A stretch of 64,000 nucleotides of DNA from the human T2T-CHM13v2.0 reference genome, Homo sapiens (GCA_009914755.4 CP068257.2:44736001-44800000); one strand, 5' to 3'; positions 13,945-28,996 are shown, counted from the stretch's first letter. A program made the numbers and translations. The notes: generated by a model not told the origin, from the sequence alone.

Positions 13945-14988
13945 ATTCACTGCCACGGGGTTCTATTCACTTCCATGGGGTTCTATTCATTCACTGCCAT
14001 GGGGGTTCTATTCATTCACTGCCATGGGGTTCTCCTCACTGCCGTGGGGTTCTATTCACTGCTGTGGGGTTCTGTTCACTGCCGTGGGGTTCTATTCATT
14101 CACTCCCATGGAGTTCTGTTCACTCCCATAGGGTTCTATTCACTGCCATGGGGTTCTATTCACTGCCATGGGGTTCTATTCACTGCCGTGGGGTTCTATT
14201 CACTGCCGTGGGGTTCTGATCACTGCCGTGGGGTTCTATTCACTGCCGTGGGGTTCTGATCACTGCCGTGGGGTTCTATTCACTGCCGTGGGGTTCTATT
14301 CACTGCCGTGGGGTTCTGTTCACTGCCGTGGGGTTCTGATCACTGCCGTGGGGTTCTGATCACTGCCATGGGGTTCTATTCACTGCCGTGGGGTTCTGAT
14401 CACTGCCGTGGGGTTCTGTTCACTCCCATGGGGTTCTGATCACTGCCATGGCCTTCTATTCACTGCCGTGGGGTTCTGATCACTGCCATGGGGTTCTATT
14501 CACTGCCATGGGGGTTCTATTCATTCACTGCCATGGGGTTCTCCTCACTGCCGTGGGGTTCTGTTCACTGCTGTGGGGTTCTATTCACTGCCGTGGGGTT
14601 CTATTCATTCACTCCCATGGAGTTCTGTTCACTCCCATAGGGTTCTATTCACTGCCATGGGGTTCTATTCACTGCCGTGGGGTTCCGTTCACTGCCACAG
14701 GGTTCTGTTCACTGCCGTGGGGTTCTATTCACTCACTGTCGTGGGGTTCTGTTCACTGCCATGGGGTTCTATTCATTCACTGCTGTGGGGTTCTATTCAC
14801 TGCCGTGGGGTTCTGTTCACTGCCATGGGGTTCTAGTCACTGCCGTGGGGTTCTGTTCACTGCCGTGGGGTTCTATTCATTCACTGCCTTGGGGTTCTAT
14901 TCACTCACTGCCTTGGGGTTCTATTCACTGCCATGAGGTTCTATTCATTCACTGCCATGGGGTTCAATTCACTGCCATGGGGTTCTCA
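13945..14988. repeat. ~1.04-kb minisatellite of 20-21-bp units (cactgccatggggttctatt and cactgccgtggggttctgat variants), ~50 copies
   Basis: Direct reading. It causes the track ORFs 13509..14219, 13915..14259 and 14448..14936. Confidence 0.95.
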
Positions 14989-15434
14989 GGCCTCGCCCTC
15001 CCCATGGGCCCCCATGGGCAGTGTCCCTTCCCTGTTGAGGAGCAGAGATTACCTTGGGATTCTTGGTTGGATGCTGGCTCGGACGCTGTGGTGTGAGTAG
15101 GAGGTTGGTTGTGCCTGCCGTGCGTGGCTCTGGCGGGGATGTGTGTGTGCCATCTCTTGCTGAGGGCGCTGGTTCCTACCTGTGGTCTGTGACCTGGCGA
15201 CTCCCATGGCTTTGGCCTTTGGCCTCTGGGCTTCTCTGGCTTCATGGGGCCTCTTCACTCTCCCACTTACTATTTCTGGTGGTCGAGGGAAAAGTAGTAA
15301 GAGCAGTTAAAATCCCGAAACGATGACCTGAACAGTTGAAGTGGCATTTCCTGTGGGAAACTGACTTGGCTTTTGCAAGGGTCAATGCTTCCTGATGCAT
15401 GTTTAACTGTCCTGTGTTCACTTTGTTGCTGCAG

Positions 15435-15990
15435 GTTTTTAGAGGAACGTAAAGAGATCACCGAGAAATTCAGTGCGGAACAAGATGCCTTCCTGCAGGA
15501 GGCCCAGGAGCAGCATGCCCGTGAGCTGCAGCTCCTCCAGGAGAGACACCAGCAGCAGCTCCTGTCAGTGACGGCGGAGCTCGAGGCCAGACACCAGGCC
15601 GCGTTGGGCGAGCTGACAGCCTCCTTAGAGAGCAAGCAGGGGGCTCTGCTGGCTGCACGTGTGGCCGAACTGCAGACAAAACACGCTGCCGACCTCGGCG
15701 CTCTGGAGACCAGACATCTGTCCAGCCTTGATTCTTTGGAATCCTGTTACCTGTCTGAATTTCAGACCATCCGTGAGGAGCACAGGCAGGCCCTAGAGCT
15801 CTTACGAGCAGACTTTGAGGAACAACTGTGGAAAAAGGACTCTCTTCACCAAACGATTTTGACTCAAGAGTTGGAGAAACTGAAGCGGAAACACGAAGGG
15901 GAGCTACAGTCTGTGCGGGACCACCTGCGAACCGAAGCGAGCACAGAGCTCGCCGGAACCGTGGCTCACGAGCTGCAGGGAGTGCACCAG
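15435..15990 (+). CDS. PCNT: Coding exon (556 bp), phase 2 to 0; encodes (R)FLEERKEITEKFSAEQDAFLQEAQEQHARELQLLQERHQQQLL...KRKHEGELQSVRDHLRTEASTELAGTVAHELQGVHQ
   Basis: Acceptor tttgttgctgcag|, donor |gtaagg at 15991. Same frame as track ORF 15373..16179. Confidence 0.85.
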
Positions 15991-15994
15991 GTAA

Positions 15995-16457
<463 letters not shown>

Positions 16458-16740
16458 TGAGCTGGGCTTTAAAACACTGAGTTGAAGGGTTATTTTGATC
16501 GCAGGCACCTTGTTAAAGGCTTTGCTCTCGTACGTATGTGGGAGGGCCTAGACCTTGGTGGGGGATTTTGTGGGCTTTGGAGTATTCCTCAAGGCTGACC
16601 AGCACCTCTGCAGAAGACTTGGTTTCCAGGCTGCTGTGGGAAGATCTGATGGTCATGTTGTGTATTCAGAGCCTTGGTCCCCTCCTTTATTGATGTTTCC
16701 TGAAATAAAACCCTTTTGCTACATTTCAAGAGCAGTGATG

Positions 16741-17320
<580 letters not shown>

Positions 17321-18094
17321 TCATTTGACAGGCACTTCCAAGTTTTTATCATGAAGAAGAATTTCTGGCGAAGTCCCTCTTGCCCTGGGCTGGCGCCTGA
17401 CTGCAGAAGCTGCAGTGCCTGTGACTCAGGAAAGGACACGTGTTGTCGTATCACACACACCTTGTGCTTTCTCTGCCCTCAGTGAGGTCTCTGAGGTTTT
17501 CTCACCTTGAAATAGATGAGTCTGCTCTGTTGAGCATGTGGAGCCACTGGGGCTGGCCTATCTCCCTGCAGGAAGGGGATGCATAGGCCTGGCTGCACGG
17601 TGGATGGGGCATGGGCTAGAGCTGATGAGGCAGTTAGAAATGGTTGTTCTGGCAGATCAATACCTTGTCAGACGTTTAAGAAGTACACGTTCCAAACTAT
17701 AAACGAGGGAATTGCCAGCTTGGATAAGGTGGATACGTTGATTTCCTGATACCAGCATGCCACGGGAGGGCTTCCTCCTTCCTGACTGTGGGGAACAGTT
17801 GTGAGGCTCCAAAGCGTTGGCTTATTGTTTGCTTTCCTTCAGCTCTGTGTAAGAACAGGAGAAAAGTGGAACCTTCTTTAATCGCTGTGAGGGTTTCATG
17901 TTATGTTTCAGGCTGTCTGTTTTGTGTGGTCTGAGCATGTGATCTTGGGGGAATTCCTAGAAAGCAGAATATGTTCAGGCTCCCTCTGCTCTCCTGAGTA
18001 AGGTGCAGTCAGTTGCCTGTCTCAGGCCTCTGTGTCCTGTCCTTGTCTTCACCACATGTCAGGGAGTCCTGGGGATGTGTTTTGTTTGTTTCTT

Positions 18095-18222
18095 TTTTGT
18101 TTTTTAAAAGACAGGGTCTCCCTGTGTTGCCCAGGCTAGTCTCGAACTCTTGGGCTCAAGAGATCCTCTTGCCTTGGCCTCCCAGGTAGTTGGAATTACA
18201 GGCATGAGCCACTGCTCCCAGC
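18095..18222 (-). mobile_element. Partial Alu (monomer-length), antisense
   Basis: aaagacagggtctccctgtgttgcccaggctagtctcgaactcttgggctcaagagatcctcttgccttggcctcccaggtagttggaattacaggcatgagccactgctcccagc. Confidence 0.8.
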
Positions 18223-18617
18223 TTGGGAGGTGCCTCTTGAGAGAAGCTGGAGCCATGTTGTCTTTCTGGACAAAATTAGACAGGGGTCTGATGCTGCTGG
18301 GAGCTGCCCTCCAGGCCAGTCCTCAGATGCCAGCTTCAGTTTCCTTTCGTTCCCAGTTTTGATCATAGGCAAACAGATGCTTTGGAGAATAGCACTTGTT
18401 CCCAAGCTGTGGATTTAAAATTAGGTTTTCTTGGTTTGTTTGGTTTAAAGAAAATGAAGTTCGGAAAGAATATTCAGAAAGGAGGAACTTGCATATCACA
18501 CATGAAGTGTGTGTTTCAAACCACGGCCTGATTTAGTCAGAGGAAGCATGTGGAGCGTGTGCACCTTCTGTGCCCTGTGTGGGGATGTGGCACATCTGGA
18601 TGTTTCCTGGACGGAAG

Positions 18618-18866
18618 GAGCTGGTCGCAGCCCTGTGCAATCAGATATGCCTGCTGGAGGCAGAGAGGACCAAAGCCCTGGACAGGGTGGGTGCCAAGGT
18701 CCTGCTCCTGGAGCATCAGCACCAAGCGGCCCTGCAGGAACTCAGAGATGTACGCTGCCAAGATGCAGGAGCATCAAGCAGGGCAGGCGGAGCTGGAGGA
18801 GCCGGGGGAGCCGGAGGTTCTGGGGGTGCTGGGGGAGCTACAGGTGCTGCGGGAGGGGCTGTGCAG
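18618..18866 (+). other. Intronic 249-bp stop-free segment with exon-like boundaries. It is either a candidate in-frame cassette exon or a decayed pseudo-exon, and I believe it is not in the canonical transcript.
   Basis: AG at 18616-17 and strong donor cag|gtgagc at 18867. Frame 0 is open across the whole segment and encodes ELVAALCNQICLLEAERTKALDRVGAKVLLLEHQHQAALQELRDV followed by a Gly/Ala-rich tail. The +1 frame reads better over the 3' half (SEMYAAKMQEHQAGQAELEEPGEPEVLGVLGELQVLREGLC). Confidence 0.3.
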
Positions 18867-19475
18867 GTGAGCAGCTCCACGTGTGTGGTTCCCACAGGGG
18901 TGCCTCCCCGGCTTCTCTGCCCTGAGTCTTCATCAGAGCGTTCAGGCACTTACGGATACACTTGGAGCCGCTGGATTGTGCGTGCAGTGGGGTCTGTGCT
19001 CAAAGAGTGCAGCTTCGTGGGGGCAGATGTGTCAGTGCACCTGGCCAGCGAGGCAGCTGCAGGGGTGGGCATCCGGGGGGGGGTGTCTTTGGTTGGCCTC
19101 CCCTCCTGTTGGGGCCTCCGGAGGGCAGGGTTCTGGTCTGGTCTGCAGGCAGTGAGTGGTCTGTGGCGCGACCAGATCTGTCCTACAGGCTACTTGGCAG
19201 CTGGACGAAACACAAAGTGGAGGCGATTCAGAGCCTGGGAGGTGCGGGGGTCGGGGAGGCTGGGGCTCATCCTGGGTGTCGCGCTAGGCAGCTGGGGGGA
19301 TAGTGAGGGGTGCCTGCCAGCTGATGATGGCATAGGGAGGGGCATGGAGAGCCTGGGGGCTGACAGGGGAGGCCACGCTTAGCTGGAGGGGTCATCCCAG
19401 GTTGGACTGGTGCAGGGGATGTGGCTTGTGTAGACACAGAAGCACATTTAGTTGCTCTTATAAATCTGCACACGG

Positions 19476-20048
<573 letters not shown>

Positions 20049-20054
20049 TTATTT

Positions 20055-20340
20055 TCTTTCTTTCTTTCTTTTTTTTTTTTTTTTAAAGACGGAGTCTCAA
20101 AAAAAGTCTAGAGTGCAGTGTCACGATCCTGGCTCACTGCAACCTCTGCCTCCCAGGCTCAAGCAGTCCTCCCACCTCAGCCTCCCAAGTAGCTGGGATA
20201 CAGGCACGGGCCACCACGCCTCGCTAATTTTTATTGTTTTGTCTCCCAGGCTGGTCTTGAACTCATGGGCTCAAGTGATCCTCCCGCCTTGGCCTCCCCA
20301 AAGCACTGGGATTACAGGTGTGAGCCTCTGCACCTGGCCA
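20055..20340 (-). mobile_element. Alu SINE, antisense, with internal rearrangement
   Basis: (TTTC)n/T head then aaagacggagtctc...ggctcactgcaacctctgcctcccaggctcaagc...gtgagcctctgcacctggcc. Confidence 0.85.
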
Positions 20341-20624
20341 GTGTAGTTACTTACTTTTTCAGTTTTTTAAAATCTTGTGTGTCAGAATATGCGTAAGCAC
20401 TGGTACCAAATTGTGTCAGAAGAAGCCAGACTGAGTAGTCGGAATCCCCCTTGGATTCCCAAGGTGGCCGTGAAGGGGCCTGGCTGAGGTCCCCTGCCAC
20501 CTGCTGTGGTCTTGATTCTCTGCACCTATGCAGGACTGCATTTAAGCAGCAAGGTCTCCCCACTTGTGGACCCGTGCACCTGCCCCATCCAGGCGCCACC
20601 ACCCCGCCTGCTGGTCTGCATGAT

Positions 20625-21295
20625 GAGCACACGCACACACAGCACATGTGCACACACAGCACATGCACACACACATGCAGACACAGCACATACAGCACAT
20701 GTGCACACAGCATGTGTGCACACACACAGCACATGCACACACAGCACATACACAGCACATGTGCGCACACAGCACATGCGCATGCTCACACAGCATGTGC
20801 GCACAAACAGCACATACATAGCACATACACACATGCAGCACATGCGCACACACACAGCACATGCACACACACAGCACATACATGCAGCACTCACAGCATA
20901 TGTGCCCATACAAGGCACATGCACACAGCACATGCGCACACATAGCACATGTGCATACACAGCACATGCACACATGCAGCACACTCACAGCACATGTGCC
21001 CATACAAGGCACACGCACACACACAGCACATGCACACACAGCACACACACAGAGAGCACATGCACACAGCACATGTGCACACACAGCACATGCACATACA
21101 CAGCACATGTGCACGTGTAGCACATGCATGCACACAGCACATACACATAGCAGATGTGCACACAGCACGCACACACAACACGTGCACACACATGCACACG
21201 TGCTTACACAGCACATGTTCATACAGCACATGCTCATACACGCAGCACATGCACACATACACAGCACATGCACACATGTCATTCTGCATGTTGTC
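20625..21295. repeat. ~670-bp low-complexity block of imperfect CA/CATG-type repeats (cacacagcacatgtgcacac...)
   Basis: Direct reading. Open in several frames on both strands, which gives track ORFs such as 20542..21282(-) and 20506..21120(+). Confidence 0.9.
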
Positions 21296-21872
21296 CTGCA
21301 GGATGAATGCCTGGGGCCCTCCTGCTTCTGTGTTCTGGGTCTGTACGATTTTCTGGCCTTTCTGTGGGGGGAGGGTTAGAGTCTGGAGCACTTCAGAAAT
21401 AATTGATAATTTATTTGAAGCATTATGTGCAAATTTTAGGTGATTATGGTACATATGGTTTCAAGGGGGTTTTAAACAAGGACATGCTAAGATCTCATTT
21501 CTAGCCATAAAGTAAGGTTTTGAACCTGAAAGGTTTGCTTGGTGAAGAGGGACTGCTCCTGAGAATGGGTGATGCAGCGCCGGATTCTGAGGTTAGAAAT
21601 GACTTGTTTCTTCACGTGGACAGCTCTGGGTGCTGCCCAGTGTGGACACTGGCCCCTCAGTCCTGAGGCACAGCCCTGAGACCTGCACCCTGCTGGGTAT
21701 CGTGTGGGTCTGTCTTCTCTGGAAAAGTCAGATTCTGTCTCGCTTTTCCAGGGACTCATGCTAAAGAAATTCTGTCCGTTTTATCTGTGCATAGCACAAG
21801 GAGGTGTTCGTTTTCTGAAATCGTGTGTCACCTGTGTCCTTTAACCTGTACTTTTGTTCTTCTAGGGTGACT

Positions 21873-22165
21873 GTTGTTGTTGTTGTTTTGGAGGGAGGAT
21901 CTTGCTCTGTCGCCCAGGCCGAAGGTAGTGATGCAACCACAGCTCACTGTGACCTTGAACGCCTGGCCTCAAGTGGTCCTCCTGCCTCAGCCTCTTGAGT
22001 AGCTGGGACTACAGATGTGCACCACCATGCCTGGCTAATTTATTTTTTGTAGAGATGGGGTCTCACTGTGTTGCCCAGGCTGGTCTTAAATTCCTGGCCT
22101 CAAGCAATCCTTTTGTCTCAGCCTCCCAAAGTGCTGGGACCATAGGCGTGAGCCGCGCCTGGCCT
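21873..22165 (-). mobile_element. Alu SINE, antisense
   Basis: (GTT)n head, ggagggaggatcttgctctgtcgcccaggc...cccaaagtgctgggaccataggcgtgagccgcgcctggcc. Confidence 0.85.
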
Positions 22166-22243
22166 GGACTATTATCGGAATACTCCTAGAGCGTCTTTGC
22201 AGTATTTTTGTAGTTGAGGTACAGGTTTGCGCGAGTAAGTTAG

Positions 22244-22976
<733 letters not shown>

Positions 22977-23397
22977 TTATGTTTTTTGGGGCAGAGGGCA
23001 GCATTTGCAGGAATAGAATAACTCAGCAAGCCCCCGGTCCCGCTGGTTAGTGGGGTGCACGTTCAATACATCAGTCCCCCTCTCCTCCTGATTGTTTAGA
23101 AGCAAATCCAAGACACCATGTGTCTGCGAGTGAGGTGTTTTCCCCCAATACAGCATAACCATGATCCATTCTCACCTAAAACATCCACAGCGATCCCTGC
23201 ATTTCATCACAAGCCCAGCCCACGTGCCAGTCTCTTCTGGCTGGCTCACATCAGGATCTATTTGTTCCTGTGATGCTGGTCACTGTTCCCTCGTTCCTGC
23301 AAGCGTGTTGGTAGATCCACAGGCCTGTGATTGGTGAGAATGCTTCTTGTATGGTGGCCACTCCTCTCCTGGTCTCCTGGTCTTTCCTCAGGCTTTA

Positions 23398-23766
<369 letters not shown>

Positions 23767-26440
23767 TCATTGTCCCAGAATAGCTGGGATGTCCTGTTCT
23801 TCCCCGCGGCGATGCTTTATCTGAGCCTCAAATATCTTTGCACCTGTTGGAACAGCAGTCACTTGTCAGCAGTGTGACTTGACCTACACTTGTGGGGTGA
23901 TTGGATTACTTTCCGGGATACCGCCCTTGAGAGTTTGGTTGTGAGGAAAGTCCTCTGAAAACGTAAGCTTGATTTCTTTTTGATAGAAGTATGTATCCCA
24001 TAAGATTCCCCTGCCCTGCCCTGCCCCGCCTGTGCTGGTAACACGACGCAGAGCTGAGTGCAGAAGTGAATCGCATGCGGCCGGTGTGGGATGCTCAAGG
24101 CGGTGTCATCTTTTCTCGGATTGAAAACCCAAATCTATTCATAGGTTAATTATTTTAATATTAAGATAATATTAACGTTGGTTTAGATAGCATTTGAATG
24201 TCCTAAATGCGTTCTCAATTGAATGTCTTTGCCTTCTGACATTGGTATTCTCTGTGCATGCCACTTACTTATGATTAAAACATATGTGATATTTTTCTAT
24301 AATTGTGTGGATTTTAGAAAAACCTGAAAATAACTTTTTTTGAAACGTCTTTTTTGATACTGACCTCACAGCTTAGAAGAACATGGTCAATTTAAAGAGT
24401 TTTATTCCAGGCTAGAGCCTCTGCCAGGGGGTTGCAGGAAGAAAATCTCCTTTGAGCCGGCCGGTCAGATTGAGGGGGTGGCTGAGGACGCACGCTTCTG
24501 CTCGACATTGTGGCCGAGCCGAGGCCCTGGGCCTGAGGGATCACATGTGGGGCACTGGCCGTCTCACTGCTGGGCCTGCATGCCTGTGACCTGCCCAGCC
24601 CTGCCCGACGTCTCCTGGGGGCTGTCCCCCCGCGGGGAGCCGCCTCATTTGGCCTCCACCACCTCCTACGTCCTCTGCAGGTCTGCCGAAGGCCTGAGAG
24701 TGTGCAGGCAGGACAGGGCCAAGCGTGGACAGTTAGGGTGGCTCCCCTGGGTGCGAGGCGGTACCTGCGGGTGGTGCTGTGCCTTGAAACAAAGCGAAGG
24801 TCAAGACTGCACACATGGAGCTTCCAGCTGCCAGTGGGTGGAGGGAGCGCCACCTCTGTCTGCCATGCCCGGGCGTCCTGGTGGGCTGCGTGCAGTGTTG
24901 GCACTCCCTGGCTGGGGTTCTCTGTGGAGCCTGCCCTCTACCCTCTCCGTCTGCAGTGTGTGACTCTGGGATCCCGGAGGCCGCGGGGCTAGAGCGTGGC
25001 ACCAGCTGTGCTCCTGAGTGGGGCGTAGTTTGGGACGCCTGGAGCTTAGGCCAGGCTCCGCAGGCTCTGGGGGTGTCCAATGTTCTTGGGCTCCCGTGTT
25101 GGCCTCAAACAGAAGTTTGATTTTCTCATTGTTACACGGTAGGCCTCTATGAGAGATTTTTGTCCAAAGAGAGTAAGTAGTCTGTGGCTCAGAAAGATGT
25201 TCAAAGGACCACTGATTTCAGCCTTGGACTCTTGCCACATCCTTTGCTGGGCACCGGGAGCGCAGAGGTTTGCCCTCGGGCCCCACAGGCTGACGCTGTG
25301 GATGCCAGGAGGGAAGCGCCTGATCTGTGCCTGGCTGGGCCTGAGGAGCCCGTCCACTGTGTCTGAGCATGAGCTGTTGTGGGCACCATGGTGGCGCCTG
25401 GTCTTGAGGATTAATTTTCCTGTTTTCCCAGTCCCTTGGCCTCTGTCCTGCCGGGTGCATTGGCATTTGGGGTTTTGTTCTTGAATTCACCAGCGTTTTG
25501 TGGTTGGTGTACACTGAACCAGCATCCCTGTTTGGACCTCTTACTCCTGGCCCGCTGCCCCCTCCCTGGCTGTTGGTCCGGATCAATGCGTCTGTCCCCC
25601 AGGAGACGCACTGCTGATGGTTGGGGTATCAGCAAGGTAATTAAAGTTCTTTGGAAACTTTGTAGTGTGCACAGCTCAGAAGTTAATCTTAAGTCCTTCC
25701 TTTCAAACAGATGGAACTAAATCAAATCCAGGAGAGAAAGTTGATTAAAGTGAACTGTACTCACATTCCAAATGGCCTTGAGACCTTGCGAGTGACTTCA
25801 GTGTTGTGCCGTGCGAACCCGTTTCTGGTCCCTGTGACTAAGATGCAGATGCACAGCCCACCTGGCACCTCAGCAAGTTCCAGGCCGGCGCGGGGGGCAC
25901 CCGATCCTTTATCCTTTTCCTCCCCATGGCTTATCACACAAAAAAGGTAGAGAATAAAGGTCATTTCTGGTGTCAGGGCTTCCATGTGTTTATTGAAACT
26001 GTTGCCCCAGTTACTTCAGAAAAGGCACTCACTCATTGTTGACGTCTTCCTCCTCCTGAAGCTGGTGGAGCCCCAGCCCTCAGCCCTCCTGGCCGTGCTG
26101 GGCAGGGAGCGGGAGCCGGCAATCCACCCCAGATGTTCTGGAGCAGCAGGTCCCGGAGCAGCAGGTCCCACTGCTGAGGACATGGGCTTCGTGCTGTCCT
26201 TTCCTGCCTGCTAAGTAGATACAAAAAACTTACTTTATCAGTTACCTTTTCACATGCCAAGTCAAAACACAAAATAATTTCATTGTCTTAAAACTGAGCT
26301 TTTTCTAGGCAACTTTTGTCAGGCCTTTTTATATTTAAATCTGCTGTGTAACACACCTTTTCTACCAAGAATCTGTCATCACTTATCTTAGAGCTGAGAA
26401 AAGTTTATTCTAAAATATTTCATCACCTCAAAAAGAAACC

Positions 26441-26700
26441 CCCAGTGGCTCGTGCCTATAGTCCCAGCACCTTGGGAGGCTGAGGCAGGAGGATTGCTGG
26501 AGCCCAGGAGTTCAAGACCAAAAATAAAAAAATACTAAAAATAAAAAAATTAGCCTGGCATATTGGCGTGCCCATATAGTTCCAGCTACTCAGAGGCTGA
26601 GGTGGGAGGACCACTGGAGCCCAGAAGGTTGAAGCTGTAGCAAGCTGACATCGCACCACTGCACTCCAGGCTGCATGACAGCAAAACGTTGTCTCAAAAG
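26441..26700 (+). mobile_element. Older diverged Alu (AluJ-like), sense
   Basis: ccccagtggctcgtgcctatagtcccagcaccttgggaggctgaggcaggaggattgctggagcccaggagttcaagacc...cactgcactccaggctgcatgacagcaaaacgttgtctcaaaag. Confidence 0.75.
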
Positions 26701-28076
26701 ATAATCAATGAAAATTAAGGAAGAAAACAAGAAACTCCCCATTCTCCCTTCTCCCCCATGCCTGGTGATGTGCCGTCTGCTTGCCGTACCTGTGGGCGTC
26801 CTACGTACATAGACTCAGCGTGTGCCCTCGGTGTCCGCGGCTTTCACTTTGTGTGTTTCCCAGGTTGGCGCACGTTGTAGCATGTGTCAATACTTGCTTG
26901 GTATGTGTTTTCTGCATATCTTATGCCCTTTTTGTTCTGTATTCCTCCATTACTGCCTTTTTTCACTTTAATTTCCTTGATGTTTCCTTTACCATACGGT
27001 GGTCGCCCCTTACCCACAGGGGATGCATTCCAAGACCCCCAGTGGGTGCCTGAAATCGTGAATGGTTCTGAACCCCTTATATGCTGTTTTTGTCTATACA
27101 TACCTGTCATCAACTTTTACCTTAAAGGAATCACCCTGTGGTGTCTCTGGCATATCTGAATTGCTCCGTCATCAACTTTTAACTGAAAGGCATCACTCTA
27201 TGGTGTCTCTGGCACGTCTGAATTGCAGCATTGCAATTGAACGGCCTCTCTTGCGCTTTGGGGCCGTTATTAAATGAAGTAAAGGTGACTTGAACACAGG
27301 CACTGTGATGCTGTGACAGTTGGTCTGATCACCGAGATGCCTGCGTGTGGGCAGGTAGTGCTTGCCACGTGGATAACGCCGGACAGAAGGATGACCCCCG
27401 GCCTGGCCTGCGAGATTTCCTCACACCGTTCAGCTTGGGGGCAGGCAGTTTAACACTCATAAGAGTTGTTTACTTCTGGAATTTTTCATACGATATTTTC
27501 AAAATGACGTTGAACACAAGTAACTGAAACCGCAGACAAAGGGGACTGATATATATTGAGTTATTTTCTTAGCGCTTGCCCTGAGCGTTACAGCAAGCAC
27601 CTTCTAACAATCTGGTTTGGATTAATACCAACTTAATTTTAAAAGTTTACAAAACCATTTGCTAATGTAGCATCATTCCCTCGTCTGCCCTTTGTGCTCA
27701 TATTGTCGTACCAACCACATCTTTCTATCTTTTTGTGCTCGTTACTTTATGCACGTGTCTTTTAAACCAGGAGGAAGAAGAATTGTAAACAAAAGCCATG
27801 TTGTTTTGTCTCCTGTTTTCTCTGTGTCGTTACCTGCACTACTGCTGCTCGTTTCTTCCTGGAAATTCAGGTCTGGTGCCTTATGTTTCAGCCCGAAGGA
27901 CTTCCTCTGGGATTTCTTGAAGGACAGGTCTGCTAGTGATGAATCCTCTTAGCTTTTGTTTTTGTGGGAATGTCTTAATTTCTCCTTCATCCTTGAGAGA
28001 TCATTTCCTGGATGTGGACTTCAAGATCCAGGCTTTTCCTTCAGTGCTGCGTGGGCTCTCCGCTGCCTCCCCTGTC

Positions 28077-28210
28077 ATCCGGGGCTGCGTGTCGTGAGCT
28101 GCGCCCGTCTTCCTGGGCTGCGTGTCGTGAGCCGCGCCCGTCTTCCCGGGCCGCGTGTCGTGAGCCGCACCCATCTTCCTGGGGCTACGTGTCTTGAGCG
28201 GCACCCATAT
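28077..28210. repeat. CpG-rich ~37-bp tandem repeat, ~3.6 copies (unit ggctgcgtgtcgtgagccgcgcccgtcttcctg)
   Basis: Direct reading. Produces the track ORFs 28012..28197 and 27956..28258. Confidence 0.85.
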
Positions 28211-28996
28211 ACCTGCTGTGCACTGGCTGGCCTCAAGCTTTGTCCTGAACCCTGCTGAGGTTTGGCTGTGATGGGTGAAGTGTGGGTCTCTGTCAGTTTG
28301 TCCTACTTGGAGTTCATTGAGCTTGTATGTGGGGATTATTATTTTTATTATTATTGTTATTTTCATCAAATTTGGGAGGTTTTTGGCCGTCGTGTCTTCA
28401 AGGGTTCCTCTGCCCTTTTCTCTCCCTCTGTCTGGCTTGAGGGTGCCCCGCAGGCCTTGGAGACTGCTGAGTTTTCTTCATGTTTCTTTCTGTTCCCTGA
28501 CTGGATCGTCTTAATTGACCTATCTTCCAGCGTGTGAATTCTGTCTTCTGCCTGCTCGAGTCTGCTGCCGAACCCCTCTCTAGTGAATTTTTTTTTCTGT
28601 GATTGTATTTTTCAGCTCCAGATGTCAAGGGAGCTCTATTTCAGTCTTTCTCTCTGCTGAGGGCCCTGCGTGCATTGTGCCCTCAGGGCTCTGGCGGGCG
28701 GTGGACAGCCTGGCCCTGGCCTTCACCCCTGCTGTGCCAAGCCACATGGTCACTGCAGCCGGCCCAGGACCTCTTGGGCCTTTCCAGCGTGGGCACAGCC
28801 CTGCACGTGTTCACACCTTGTAGAGTCCCAGAAGATGTCAGAGCTTTCCAGAGGCCCCTGTGGACATCGCATTCTCAAGTGTTTTCTTTTGTTTTTCTGG
28901 CAGTCCCTTATTAGTCCCAACTGGTTTCTCTACTGTGGGCAGTGCGGCTATTAAACACTTGACACTGACTGTTTCCAACCGGTGCCCTGGGGTAGA

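Noticed and set aside
13509-14936. ORFs 13509..14219 (236 aa), 13915..14259, 14448..14936 with GVLFTAVGFYSLPWGS repeats
   Set aside because: These are translations of the 20-bp minisatellite at 13945-14988.
18570-19382. 270-aa + strand ORF treated as one gene
   Set aside because: Only the first ~250 bp (18618-18866) have exon-like properties. Downstream of the gtgagc donor, the open frame continues through unremarkable GC-rich intron. The region is reported as a finding, not called as a CDS.
20451-21454. Six overlapping ORFs on both strands (139-246 aa), rich in Cys/His/Thr (e.g. MTCVHVLCMCACAACM...)
   Set aside because: They come from the CA/CATG low-complexity block. Both strands and several frames are open at once, which is diagnostic of repeat artefact.
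24392-25120. GC-rich ORFs on both strands (24392..24904-, 24478..24963+, 24733..25080-)
   Set aside because: Same reasoning as above. This is deep in the 14.5-kb intron with no splice-compatible boundaries and no recognisable protein motifs.
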